NCBI RefSeq assembly: GCF_963921235.1
Contig: NC_086098.1
Location: 37,510,001 to 37,574,000 of the forward strand
Reading direction: 5' to 3'
Length of the DNA: 64,000 nucleotides
Origin: Mobula hypostoma
Taxonomy: Eukaryota
In this document: positions 24,395 to 36,735 of the stretch, piece by piece
Layout of the letters: each line of letters opens with the position of its first letter
Numbering within the stretch: position 1 is the first letter of the stretch
Notes under the pieces: model-generated
The model's input: the letters and a program-made list of their open reading frames with translations, nothing else
Databases searched by the model: none
What the model was told of the DNA's origin: nothing
Program-made: the position numbers and the translations under genes

Positions 24395-26590
24395 ACCATA
24401 AAACATAGAAGCAGAATTAGGCCATTCGGCCCATCAAGTCTGCTCTGCTATTCCATCATGGCTGATTTAATATCTCTCTTAACCCCACTTTCCTACCTTC
24501 TGCCTGTAACCTCAATGTTCTTACTAATCAAGAATCTATCAGCCTCTGCCTTAAATGTACTCGTGTACCTAATAACATGGCCTTCACACAAGTCTGTGGC
24601 AATCAATTCCACAGATTCAACACCCTCTGGCTCAAACAATTCCACCTCATCTTTGTTCTAAGGGGATGTCCCTGTATTCTGAGGCTGTGCCCTCTGGTCC
24701 TAGGCTTCCCCACTCTAGGAAACATCTTCTCCACATCCACTCCATCGATGCCTCTCAATATTTGATAGCTTTCACTGAAATCCCTCATCATTCTTCTAAA
24801 CTCCAGCAAGTAGGTGCCCAGAGCCGTAAAATTCTATTTACTCAGGAGACAGACAGAGAGTCGATAGAAGTAAGACAGAGCTGCAGTGAGGTCGTGTTCT
24901 GTATACGGGTTACAGAGGAGGATGTGTTAGCTGTCTTGAAACAAGTTAGGATGGATAAATCTCCAGGGCCTGACACAGTGTTCCCTTAGACCCTGTGGGA
25001 GGCCAGTGCAGAAATTGCAGGGGCCCTAGCTGAGATATGTAAACCATCCTTAGCCACGGGTGAAGTGCCAGAGGATTGGAGGATAGCTAATATTGTCCCC
25101 ATTATTTAAAGAATGCTCTAAGAACAAGCCAGGAACTTATAGGCCGGTAAGCCTGACATCAGTAGTAGGAAAGTTATTGGAAGTATCCTAAACGACTGGA
25201 TTAACTGATTAGGGATAGTCAACACGGCCTTGTGTGTGGTAGGTTGTGTCTAACCAATCTTATAGAGTTTTTCGAGGAAGTTACCAGGAAAGTTGATGAA
25301 GGCAGGGCAGTGGATGTTGTCTACATGGACTTTAGCAATGCCTTTGACAAGGTCCCGCATGAGAGTTTGACAGGATGGTTCAGTCGCTTGGCATTCAAGG
25401 TGGAGTAGAAAATTGTGTTAGACATTGGCTTTGCGGGAGAAGCCAGAGAGTGGTGGTAGATGGTTGCCTGTGTCTAGTAGTGTGCTGCAGGGATCGGTGC
25501 TGGGTCCATTTGTTGTTTGTCATCTGTATCAATGACGTGGAATATAATATCGTAATCTGGATCAGCAAATTTGAAGATGACACCAAGATTGGGGTTGTAG
25601 CGGACAGCGAGGAAGATTATCAAAACTTGCAGTGGGATCCGGACCAGCTGGATAAATGGGCTGAGAAATGGCAGATAGAGTTTAATGCAGACAAGTGTGA
25701 GGTGTTGGACTTTGAGAGGACAAATCAGGGACTTGGGTGGCGAGAGGTAGGACACTGAGGAGTGTAGTAGAACAGAAGGATCTGTGAACACAGGTCCATT
25801 GTTCCTCGAAAGTGGTGTCACAGGTAGGCAAGGTTGTAAAGAAAAATTTGGCACATTGGACCTCATAAATCAAAATATTGAGAACAGGAGTTAGGATTTT
25901 TGTTGAAATTATATAAGAAGTTAGTGAGGCCAAATTTGCAGTAGTGTGTGCAGTTTTGGTCAACTACGTACAGGAAACATGTCAAAACGATTGAAAAAGT
26001 GCAGAGAAAATTTACAAGGATGTTGCCAGGACTTGAGGACCAGAGTTATAGGGAAAGGTTGAAAAGGTTAGAACTTTATTCCCTAGAACGTAGAAGATTG
26101 AGGGGAGATTTGATAGAGGTACAGTATACAAAATTATGAGGAGTATAGAGACGGTAAATGCAAGCAGGCTTTTTCCACTGAGGTTGAGTGAGACTAGAAA
26201 TAGAGATCGTGGGTTAAGGGTGAAAGTTGAAATGTTTAAGGGGAATATGAGGGGGAATCTTCTTCACTCAGAAGATGGTGAGAGTGTGGAAGGATTTGCC
26301 AGCACAAGTGTTGCATGTGGGGTCAATTTGAATATTTAATATAGATTTGGATAGGCCCATGGATGGGAGGGGTATGGAGAGTTATGGTCCAGGTGCAAGT
26401 CCACGGGAGTAGGCAGAATAATAACTTGGCGCGGACTAGATGGGTTGAAGGGCCTGTTTCTATACTGTAGTGTTCCATGACTCTAAACATGTCTTGTTGT
26501 TAACCATCTCATTCCTGGGTTCACTCTCGTGAACCTCCTCTGGTCCCTCTCCAATGCCAGCACACCCTTTCTTAGATAAGGAGCCCAGAT
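24395..26590 (-). mobile_element. Host CR1 3' fragment in two pieces (24395-24830, 26486-26590)
   Basis: LEFRRMMRD..TRGHSLRIQG on the minus strand. Sequence resumes after the insert (GTGAACCTCCTCTGG = QRRFT antisense). Confidence 0.8.
24833..26485 (+). mobile_element. CR1 LINE RT region, degenerate, nested antisense in another CR1
   Basis: DKSPGPD, YMDFSNAFDKVPH, SKFEDDTKIG, VQRKFTRMLPGL, RGDLIEV. 3' tail about 26450-26485. Confidence 0.9.
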
Positions 26591-26744
26591 ATGGCATGTT
26601 GGTGTCCGATTGAGTGGAAGTCTGTGGTGGTCGACAGCGCGCCAGTCAAGATGTCTGCTTTACCCCGGATGCCACTGAACCTGTTGGCACCACCCACACC
26701 CGGCCCACAGAAAGCATTCCATTCTGCAAGCAGGGAGTATACCA

Positions 26745-27047
26745 GAGATTCACTTTATTTGTCTCTTGTGTATCGAAACACTGAAACATACAGCGAACTG
26801 GGTCAACAACCAGCACGGTCCGAGCACGTGCTGGGGGCAGCCTGCAAGAGCCACTGTGCGTCCGGTGCCAACATAGCTCACCCACAACTCATTAACCCAA
26901 ACGTCTTTGGAATGCGGGAGGAACCCGGAGCACTCGGGGGAAATCCATGCAGGAGAACGTAAAAACTCTTTGCAGACAGCAGTGAAAATTGAACATGGGT
27001 CACTGATGCTGGAACAGCATTCTGCCGACCGCTATGCCACTGTGCCA
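26745..27047 (-). mobile_element. HE1/V-SINE-like element
   Basis: GGAGGAACCCGGAGCACTCGGGGGAAATCCATGC and a tRNA-like head at about 26990-27047. Confidence 0.6.
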
Positions 27048-28239
27048 ATCACATAGCAAGCGTGCCTCAGATGTTCTGATGACTTGCAAGTGCTATTTTC
27101 ATACTGGAGTGAAATAGGTACTGAAATCACAGGCCTGGGGTGTGTGTAGTAAATGTGCATCCATGTGTCCTGCCTGTCGATCTACAGGACACACAATAGG
27201 TGCTCCCGGAACCACGGGTCTATTGTGCAAAGCAGCTTACCAGCAGCACCTATGAAAGGGGAAGCACAGTCCCTCTGCACCGAATAAGGAAAAGCTGGCC
27301 AAAGGAGGAAGTGGAGAGCTTTTTCTGATGTTGTACCAGAGACCTTGGGCTAAGGGTGGACAGCAGGAAGGACATCCTCTTTCCCCAGTTCTCCATGGGG
27401 CAGGAAGGCATCTCTTTTACTGACAACAGGAAAATATTGCGGAGCACGTGAGAATGTCAAGAGTGTTACAGTAAGGACACGGCTGCAATCCTGCAAAGTT
27501 CCAACGATCTCACGCTTAAGTTGGAAGATTACTGAAATTGTTTCTGAATGTTGCTGGCCTTCCCCATCTTTTTGAATCAGAGGATTGCCAGGAAGCACAA
27601 TTCCCATCCTTGAAGCTACACTTCAGTCTGTACGGCAGAGCCCATTGCACTGTCTTCTCCTCCTCCTCCCCAGACTCTCACTTATTCTTCAGTCAATTGG
27701 GTGGTAGCAGCTGAAATCACAGACCCCCGCCCACAGCCCTATCATGCTCCCTTCATTCTCACACAGCGGCTGGAGGAGTAAAGATTATGGTCTGTGGCTT
27801 CTCCACACAACCACCTGTTTCTTTTAAAGAGAGTATAGAGGCTTTTCTGGAAAGGCATAGGGCGGATGCAATCTCAGAGCTGGAAGATAGAGTGTGAGAT
27901 GATGGAGAAAACTGGCAGCGGGTGTCGTTGCAACTTCCGCGTTGTTGTGATTCAGCCTGTATTCACTGGCACACAGAGTGCTATTGCTCGAGAGTCTGGG
28001 TCAATCATACATCACTTTCCTTGCACCAGCTTCCTGCGTGGTTTAAGAAAAGTCTAAACTCCTCAGAGATCCCCGTAACTTTTAATTCCAAATCCTGTAA
28101 GACCCATTCCTCACTGTCATATAAACAGTCTTTGCAGGAAATACTCCAAAACTTTGTTGTCATCTTTAAAAAAAAACTTAGCCTTATCACCACATAAATC
28201 TTCGGTTTATATGTGGCTTATCATGAAATATTGTCCTAC

Positions 28240-28366
28240 CTGTCACTGTGTGTGTGGCTATTGCGAAATATGAGATCCTTGAAATAATGACAACCTTTTC
28301 CTCGAGATTTCTTCGAATCCGACGTTAGCATGGGACAGGATGACTCTTTGAAATAGGCTTTTTGTT
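28240..28366 (-). other. Candidate 127-nt exon of an unidentified minus-strand transcript
   Basis: T-run-acctcgttcctcacAG|...GACAG|GTAGGA. One open frame, CpG-retaining. Confidence 0.35.
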
Positions 28367-29223
28367 CTGTGAGGAACGAGGTAAAAAAAAAATTAACCTG
28401 TACGGTGTTCCTCTTAAACATCATTTTATGTATAATTAGAATAGCTGTCAGGATCCGGGGGGGGGGGGGGTGGGGGCAGGGGGACATTAAAGTACCAAAG
28501 AAAACATGCCACAAAATTAATGCCTGGGAGAATAATTTTTGTGGCATTCTCCTGTGGTCTCCCGTTATAATAGCGGCATAAAATTGGTTGAATTCTTGCA
28601 GATTTAGCATAATCAGCTATTTGTGTGACTCCTCTCCCAAAGCTACTGTAAGAGACCTGAAGAACTGGGTACAGATTATAGATACCCACATCATGGCTCT
28701 AAGTTATGAGGAAAACCTTCAACAAATTTTAAGCCTGAAAGTGATATTCTCAGAACCAAAGAAAGGAAGAGCCCTTAGGGCTCCCTATCATGCTGGCTTG
28801 TCTTTGGAATGGGCTAGCAAAACCATTAATCTCTTGGTGGAAATGATTCCAGATCCCTTCATTCTTGAATAAGAAGGCCCAAAAGTGGTCACATGATTAA
28901 ACCTGACAATCCATGATGTCATGTTATGAATAGTCTTGAAAATGTTTACAATAGAAAATAATCTTTTGGCCCATATGATTTTTCAGACTGATCTCTTGAG
29001 AATTATTAATCTTTCTACAAATGTTTTTATATTTAATAAATACAAGGAAGTAGAATAGGAAGCAGCTGCTTTGAGGGACGGGGGATATGGATCTGAATTT
29101 AAAGAGGTAGTTCCTCCCCCCCCCCCCAAGGCAGTGCAGAAAAAAAACTTGTAACAAAGAGAAGTGTCAGAGCAATTGATTTAATCTACTTTTTTTTTAA
29201 AAAAAGAGCATTTGAGCATGATA

Positions 29224-29445
29224 ACACACACAATGCTGGAGGAACTCAGCAGGCCAGGCAGCATGTGTGGAAAAGAGTAAAAAGTTGACATTTCTTCTGA
29301 GACCCTTCCTCAAGATCCTTCATTCTGATAAAGGGTCTCGGCCTGAAACATTAACTGTTTACTCTTTTCCATAGATGCTGTCTGGTCTGCTGAGATCCTC
29401 CAGCATTTTGTGTGTCTTGCTTTGGATTTTCAGCATCTGCAGATG
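29224..29445 (+). mobile_element. Older PLE-derived fold-back element with two decayed hammerheads
   Basis: Imperfect inverted arms about 29224-29315 / 29322-29415. Core decayed to CTGATAA..GAAACATT. Same TCAGCATCTGCAGA tail as other copies. Confidence 0.8.
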
Positions 29446-30105
29446 TTTGAACAATGAGCCTATCTGAAATTGTAAGGTTCTTCATGGGCTTTTTAGAGCT
29501 TTTCTTCATAACAGTTCAGCGGCAGAACTCTTGCATTTTGTCTATACCTCATCAGGTGAAAGGGTTTACCCAGCTGGACTGCCAGCTGGGCCGTCAAGCC
29601 ATGGGGAAGTGGCTTAAGAACAGTCTGAGGAAGGTGACTATCCTTCCAAGGCCTCGACTCAGCCCCACCCCACATCTCTCAAAGGACTGGGATGCGGAAC
29701 AGCACCGGAAGCCACTGGGTACAGCTGCTTGTGACTGTTCAGGGATATCAGATGTCTTGGCATTGAGTAATTGGAAGTCACACCCACCCAGCATTCCCAC
29801 ATAAACCAACACTGGGTTTAAGACCAGAGAAAGTGGGGGGGAGTGGAGGCGGGGTAGCCCTAAAAGCCTTTTGCAACTCCTCCATATTTCAATAGCGTTA
29901 TTCCGATCTAATCTTGGCCTCAGCTTTTCTTTCCTACTCCCTGCCTGAAAACTTTATTTCCCTTTGAATCCAAAAATAAAGGTGTATTGATGAGAGGCAC
30001 AGATGGAGAGGGCAGCCAGTGCCTTTTCTCCCAGAACAGCAATGACTAACTTGAAAGGGCCTGAATTTCAGGCGCTTGGAGGAAAATATAGGGTGGATGT
30101 CAAAG

Positions 30106-30238
30106 GCAACACACATAAAAATTGCTGGTGAACGCAGCAGGCCAGGCAGCATCTATAGGAAGAGGTACAGTCGACATTTCGGGCCGAGACCCTTCGTCAG
30201 GACTAACTGAAAGAAGAGACAGTAAGAGATTTGAAAGT
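30106..30238 (-). mobile_element. PLE terminal fragment with near-intact hammerhead (30168-30205), inserted in a CR1 3' fragment
   Basis: Minus strand reads AGUC-CUGACGA-AGGGucucggCCC-GAAA-UGUC-GACU, with one C>U change in stem III. CR1 sequence continues on both sides (about 29980-30105 and 30239-30410). Confidence 0.8.
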
Positions 30239-33200
30239 AGGTGTTTTTTATACAGAGAGTGGTAAGAGCATAGAATGCACTGCCAGGGATGGTGGGAGAG
30301 GCAGATACATTAGGGACATTTAAGATACTCTTAGATGGGCAAATAGATGAAAGATAAACAGAGGGTTTAGTTTGATCTTGGTTAAGAGGTCCTTGTACTA
30401 TGTACTGCTCTAAAAAAAATTGCCCATTTCGAGTTTATTGTCATCTGACTGTACATACATACAGCCAAATGAAGCTACGTCGTTCAGACCTCGGTGCACC
30501 CACAAAACATATACCACACACACCACATAAAACAATATATCAGCACAAATAAGTTCATAAAATGTAATTCAAAATTCATGTGTCGTTTGCAGCACAGGTA
30601 AGCCGTGAAGAGTGAACAGCTTGCTGTCCTGGTGCTGAGATCTTGGTGGTGGCAGGGTATTCATCAGTCTCACAGTCTGGGGGAAGAAGCTGCTGCCCAG
30701 TCTGAGGCCGGCTCCTGCAGCCCCTTGTTAAAATGGGGCCCGGAGTCTTCATGCCTCAATCTCCGCAGAAAGTGTAGACTCGCTGTGACTTTTTGACTAA
30801 TGAGGAGGCAGTGTGAGTCCAGGCTAAATCATTCATTACGTGCACACCCAGGAACTTTGTGCTCTTCATGGCAGAGCCATTGATGTGCAATGGAGGGTGG
30901 TCAACCTGAACCTTCCTGAAGTCCACAGTCACCTCTTGTGTCTTGTCCACGTTGAGGCTTGGGTTCTTCTTGCACCATTTGACAAGCCTCTCCACCTTCT
31001 CACTGTCTGATGGCTCATCATTGTTGCCGATGAGGCCAACCACTGTTGCATCACCAGCAAACCAGATGTGGTTTGAGCTGGTTCCAGCAGTGCAGCCCAG
31101 AGTCAGCAGCGTGAATAGCAGCGGGTGTTGCTGCCAACTCAGACTGACTGGGCACTTTCCAGCAAGATGCCCAGCATCTAGTTACAGAGAGGGGTGTAGA
31201 GTCCCAACAAGGACATTTCACCCACCACCCTCCCCACCAAGCCTCTGAGGGATGATCATGTTAAACGCCGAGCTGAAATTGTTGAACAACATTCCGGCAT
31301 ATAAGGCATCGTTTTCGAGGTGAGAAAGGACAGAATAGAGGGGTGAGGCTATGGCAATGTCAGTGTACAGTACCAGTTTGAGAAATAGGTGAACTGGAAA
31401 GGGTCCAATGAAGGTGGAATTTTGTAGGATCCATTAACAGCCTCTCAAAGAACTTCATGATTGTTGAGGTCAGTGCCACTGGGGAGTAAGATGTTGAATC
31501 CTTGTGGGTTGAGTTAAGAACCTGCAAGGGTAGAAGGACCCTGATGGCAGTTATATACAGTGGCTGGGAGGTGGACCACAGATTACAACAGGAAATAGAA
31601 AAGGCGTGTCAAAAGGGCAATGTTATGATAGTCATGGGAGATTTCAACATGCAGGTCGATTGGGAAAATCAGGTTGGAAATGGATCTCAAGAGAGTGAGT
31701 TTGTTGAATGCCCACGAGATGGCTTTTTAGAGCAGTTTGTCATTGAGCCTACTAGGGATCAGCTATACAGGATTGGGTGTTACATAATGAACCGGAGGTG
31801 ATTAGGGAGCTTAAGGTAAAAGAACTCTGAGGAGGCAGTGATTACAATATAATTGAGTTCAGCTTGAAATTTGATAGGGAAAAAGTGAAGTCTGGTGTAG
31901 TAGTATTTCAGTGGAGTAAAAGAAATTACAGTGATATGAGAGAGTAGTTGGCCAAAGTAAATTGGAAGGAGATGCTGGCAGGGATGTCAGCAGAGCAGCA
32001 ATGGTGTGCGTTTCTGGGGAAAAATGAGGAAGGTGCAGGACAGATGTACTCCAAAAACAAAGAAATACTCAAATGGCAAAATAATACAACTGTGGCTGAC
32101 AAGGGGAGTCAAAGCTAATGTAAAAGCAAAAGAGAGGGCATACGACAAAGCAAAAATTAGCAGAAACAGAGAGGATTGAGAAGCTTTGAAAACCCTACAA
32201 AGTGCATCTAAAAGAATCATTAGGAGGTAAAAGATGAAATATGAAAGCAAGCTAGCAAACAATATCCAAGTGGATGTTAAAAACTTTTTCAGGTATGTAA
32301 GAAATAAAAGAGAGTCGAGTGTGGATATAGGACCACTAGAAAATGAGGCAGGAGAAATAATAACAGGGGCCAAGGAGATGGCAGGTGACCTAAATGAGTA
32401 TTTTGCATCAGTCTTCACTTTGGAAGACACTGGCAGTGTGGCAGATGTTGAAGGGTGTGAAAGAAGAGAAGTGAGCACTGTTACTGTAACAAGGGGATAA
32501 ATGTTCAAAGAGCTGAAAGACCTAAGGATACATTAGTCACCTGGGCCAGATGAACTGCACCCGAGGGTTCTGAAAGAGGTAGTGGTAGAGATTGTGGAGG
32601 CATTAATAATGATCTTTCAAAAATCATTGGACTCTGGCATGGTGCCAGAGGACTGGAAAATTGCAAATGTTATTCCACTCCTTAAGAATGGGGAAAGGCA
32701 GCAGAAAGGAAATTATAGACCAGTTAGCCTGACCTCAGTGGTTGGGAAGATGTTGGAGTCAATTCTTAAGGATGAGGTGATGGAGTACTTGGTGACACAG
32801 GACAAGATAGGACAAAGTCAGCATGGTTTCCTTAAAAGAAAATTTTGCCCGATGAATCTGTTGGAACTCTTTGAGGAGATTATATGTAGGATATATAAAG
32901 GGGATGCAGTGGATGTTGTATATTTGGATTTTCAGAAGGCCTTTGACAAGGTGTTACATATGAGGCTGCTTTCCAAGTTAAGAGCCCATGGTATTACAGG
33001 AAAGTTACTAACATGGTTAGAGCATAGAGCGAGTGGGAATATAAAGGATCCTTTTCTGCTTGGCTGCCAGTGACTGGTAGTGTTCCGCGGGGGTCATTGT
33101 TGGGACCACTTTTTTAATGTTGTATATCAATGATTTAGATGATGGAATAGATGGCTTTGTTGCCAAATTTACAGATGATACGAAGATTGGTGTGTGTGTG

Positions 33201-33639
33201 GGGTGGGGATAGGTAGTGTTGAGTTAACAGGTAGGCTGCAGGATTCAGACAGATTAGAAAAGTGACAAGTGAAATACAATGTTGGAAAATGCATGGTCAT
33301 GCATTTTGATGGTAGAAATAAATGTGCAGACTATCTTCTAAACGGGGAGAAAATCCAAAAATCTGAGATGCAAAGGGACTTGGGAGTCCTTGTGCACAAC
33401 ACCCCAAAAGGTTAACTTACAGGTTGAGTCGGTGGTGAGGAAGGCAAATGCCATGTTAGCATTCATTTCAGAGGTCTAGAATACAAGAGCAGAGATGCAA
33501 TGCTGAGGAGTTATAAACACTGGTGAGGCCTCACCTTGAGTATTGTGAACAGTTTTGGGCTCCTCATTTAAGAAGAGATGTGCTGGCATTGGAGAGGGTT
33601 CAGAGGAGGTTCACAAGGATGATTCTAGGAATGAAAGGG

Positions 33640-35246
33640 ATAGAAACATAGAAACATAGAAAATAGGTGCAGAAGTAGGCCATTCGGCCCTTCGAGCCTG
33701 CACCACCATTTATTGTGATCATGGCTGATCATCCAACTCAGAAACCTGCACCAGCCTTCCCTCCATACTCTCTGATCCCCGTAGCCACAAGGGCCATATC
33801 TAACTCCCTCTTAAATATAGCCAATGAACTGGCCTCAACTGTTTCCTGTGGCAGAGAATTCCACAGATTCACCACTCTCTGTGTGAAGAAGTTTTTCCTA
33901 ATCTCAGTCCTAAAAGGCTTCCCCTTTATCCTCAAACTGTGACCCCTCGTTCTGGACTTCCCCAACATCGGGAACAATCTTCCTGCATCTAGCCTGTCCA
34001 ATCCCTTTAGGATTTTATACGTTTCAATCAGATCCCCCCTCAATCTTCTAAATTCCAACGAGTACAAGCCTAGTTCATCCAGTCTTTCTTCATATGAAAG
34101 TCCTGCCATCCCAAGAATCAATCTGGTGAACCTTCTTTGTACTCCCTCTATGGCAAGGATGTCTTTCCTCAGATTAGGGGACCAAAACTGCACACAATAC
34201 TCCAGGTGTGGTCTCACCAAGGCCTTGTACAACCGCAGTAGTACCTCCCTGCTCCTGTACTCGAATCCTCTCGCTATAAATGCCAGCATACCATTCGCCT
34301 TTTTCACCGCCTGCTGTACCTGCATGCCCACTTTCAATGACTGGTGTATAATGACACCCAGGTCTCGTTGCACCTCCCCTTTTCCTAATCGGCCAACATT
34401 CAGATAATAATCTGTTTTCCTATTTTTGCCACCAAAGTGGATAACTTCACATTGATCCACATTAAATTGCATCTGCCATGAATTTGCCCACTCACCCAAC
34501 CTATCCAAGTCACCCTGCATCCTCTTAGCATCCTCCTCACAGCTAACACTGCTGCCCAGCTTCGTGTCATCCGCAAACTTGGAGATGCTGCATTTAATTC
34601 CCTCATCCACGTCATTAATATATATTGTAAACAACTGGGGTCCCAGCACTGAGCCTTGCAGTACCCCACTAGTCACTGCCTGCCATTCTGAAAAGGTCCC
34701 GTTTATTCCCACTCTTTGCTTCCTGTCTGCTAACCAATTCTCTATCCACATCAATACCTTACCCCCAATACCGTGTGCTTTAAGTTTGCACACTAATCTC
34801 CTGTGTGGGACCTTGTCAAAAGCCTTTTGAAAATCCAAATATACCACATCCACTGGTTCTCCCCTATCCACTCTACTAGTTACATCCTCAAAAAATTCTA
34901 TGAAATTCGTCAGACATGATTTTCCTTTCACAAATCCATGCTGACTTTGTCCGATGATTTCACCGCTTTCCAAATGTGCTGTTATCACATCTTTGATAAC
35001 TGACTCCAGCAGTTTCCCCACCACCGACGTTAGGCTAACCGGTCTATAATTCCCCGGTTTCTCTCTCCCTCCGTTTTTAAAAAGTGGGGTTACATTAGCC
35101 ACCCTCCAATCCTCAGGAACTAGTCCAGAATCGAACGAGTTTTAAAAAATTATCACTAATGCATCCACTATTTCTTGGGCTACTTCCTTAAGCACTCTGG
35201 GATGCAGACCATCTGGCCCTGGGGATTTATCTGCCTTTAATCCCTT
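33640..35246 (-). mobile_element. Young CR1 LINE, 5'-truncated, nested antisense in an older CR1
   Basis: RT ORF plus 3' UTR hairpin and (TTTCTATG)n tail at 33640-33663. Host CR1 sequence is contiguous across it. Confidence 0.92.
33738..35102 (-). CDS. CR1 LINE ORF2 reverse transcriptase (5'-truncated, 454 aa uninterrupted)
   Basis: Motifs NYRPVSLTSVVGKLLE, QHGF, VYLDFQKAFDKV, QGSVLGP, KFADD, LVRPHLEYCVQFWSP, RGDLIETYKI, TRGHSL. The frame extends upstream to about 35245 (KSPGPDGLHPRVLKE) with a single TAA. Confidence 0.95.
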   Translation of the reverse strand: MANVTPLFKNGGREKPGNYRPVSLTSVVGKLLESVIKDVITAHLESGEIIGQSQHGFVKGKSCLTNFIEFFEDVTSRVDRGEPVDVVYLDFQKAFDKVPHRRLVCKLKAHGIGGKVLMWIENWLADRKQRVGINGTFSEWQAVTSGVLQGSVLGPQLFTIYINDVDEGIKCSISKFADDTKLGSSVSCEEDAKRMQGDLDRLGEWANSWQMQFNVDQCEVIHFGGKNRKTDYYLNVGRLGKGEVQRDLGVIIHQSLKVGMQVQQAVKKANGMLAFIARGFEYRSREVLLRLYKALVRPHLEYCVQFWSPNLRKDILAIEGVQRRFTRLILGMAGLSYEERLDELGLYSLEFRRLRGDLIETYKILKGLDRLDAGRLFPMLGKSRTRGHSLRIKGKPFRTEIRKNFFTQRVVNLWNSLPQETVEASSLAIFKRELDMALVATGIREYGGKAGAGF

Positions 35247-36354
35247 CATACGAAGGAACGTTTGATGGCTCTGGGTCTGTCCTTGCTGTAATTCAGAAGG
35301 ATGAGGGGAGATCTCATTGAAATCGTTTGAATGTTGAGAAAGAGGAAAGAGGAATATCCATTTAAAACAGAAATTTCTTTAGCCGGAGGGTGGTGAATTC
35401 GTGGAATTTATTACCACAGGCAGCTGTGGAGGCCAGGTCGTTGGGTGTATTTAACACAGAGCTTGATAGGTTCTTGATTGGACACGGCATCAAAGGTTAC
35501 GGGGAGAAGGCCGGGGAGTGGGGCTGAGGAGGGGAAAGAAAGGATCAGCCACAATTGAATGGTGGAGCAGACTTGAAGGGGCCAAATGGCCTAATTCTGC
35601 TCCTATGTCTTATGGCCTTATGGTCTTACGGTAATCGTCCAAATCAGTTTTGATTGGGCAGCACTAGTGCTCTGTTAGGCAGCAGATTGATGGTGGCTGC
35701 CCTGATGCCTGTAGGGACAGTGGGCAGTGGCTGGAGCAAGGAGTTGTTAAAGTTGTCCATTAAAATCTCTGTTAGCTGGGCCACACAATCCGTCTGCACC
35801 CGGCCAGCTATGTTGTGTGGCTCCGCAGCTCTGAATGGGTTTACCCTGGCTAGGATTCTCCTCACTTCAGCTGTGGCCAGACAGGCTCCCTGTTCTTCAT
35901 TGGGGGAGAGTGTCACAATGGCAGGGGCATAGGGAGCAAGGGTGGACCCAAATGCAAGACACATCTTGTGAGGTTACTTAGATTTAGTTTATTGATCGAT
36001 ACCAGGAGAGCAAGGCAGGAGCAGGAAATAGCGAACTGTACAGGGACTCAGGACTACGACTAGGCTGGGACCAAGGGCCTGGGCCAGGACTCGGAATCGG
36101 CTCCCAGAACTAGAGGAGACATAAAGAGGCTAGGGTATGGACTCCAAGCCCGAGACTGGGCAAGGACCCAGTACCTGGGTCTTGCCTCAGGCTTGGACCC
36201 CAGAACCAGGCATGGACATGACATGGGCTAGGGAGAGGAGAAACATAGGAACACAGAGCCTCAGTCTCGGGGAGCAGGTGCATGGAACCATGGACACATA
36301 CACAGAACAGAGATCCGGGACCCCTCCTTGGGTACAGGACATAGGGCCGGGACT

Positions 36355-36498
36355 CATGACCCTTCGCGGGGCAACGGCAAGTCGGCCAGACTTACCCCAC
36401 GGAGGCGAGGACAAGACGAGACAAGACATGACCCCCTGCGGGGCAACGGCAAGACAGCCTGACTTACCCCACGGAGGCGAGGACAAGACAAGACAAGA
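36355..36498. repeat. 72-bp tandem repeat x2 within the LTR
   Basis: CATGACCC..GCGGGGCAACGGCAAG..GACTTACCCCACGGAGGCGAGGACAAGAC at 36355 and 36427. Confidence 0.9.
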
Positions 36499-36642
36499 CC
36501 AACACGAATAAACACCAGACAGTACCTATCTAGCTCCAGTGATAGAACTAGACCGAAGTGCAGGCGAGGGCTGCAGATGAGGGCTAGAGGCGAGAGGGGC
36601 AGAGAAGGGTTTCAGACAAAGGGGTAGGACAGGAATCACAGA

Positions 36643-36735
36643 CCGCCAGGGCCAGGACTTGACTTAGAACTGGGAAGCCGCCAGGGCCAGGACTTGACTT
36701 GGTGCTAGAATGCCGCCAGGGCCAGGACTTGACTT
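36643..36735. repeat. 23-bp identical repeat x3, 35-bp period, within the LTR
   Basis: CCGCCAGGGCCAGGACTTGACTT at 36643, 36678 and 36713. Confidence 0.9.

Larger units (their letters stand above)
31483..35628 (+). mobile_element. CR1 LINE (EN-RT, degenerate), split by the 33640-35246 insertion
   Basis: VMGDFN (APE endonuclease), EDWKIANV, NYRPVSLTSV, YLDFQKAFDKV, with frameshifts and stops. 3' tail TCTTATGGCCTTATGGTCTTA at about 35608-35628. Confidence 0.9.

Noticed and set aside
36643-36735. CRISPR-like repeat-spacer pattern
   Set aside because: Only three repeats, 12-nt spacers, inside a vertebrate LTR, and no cas genes.
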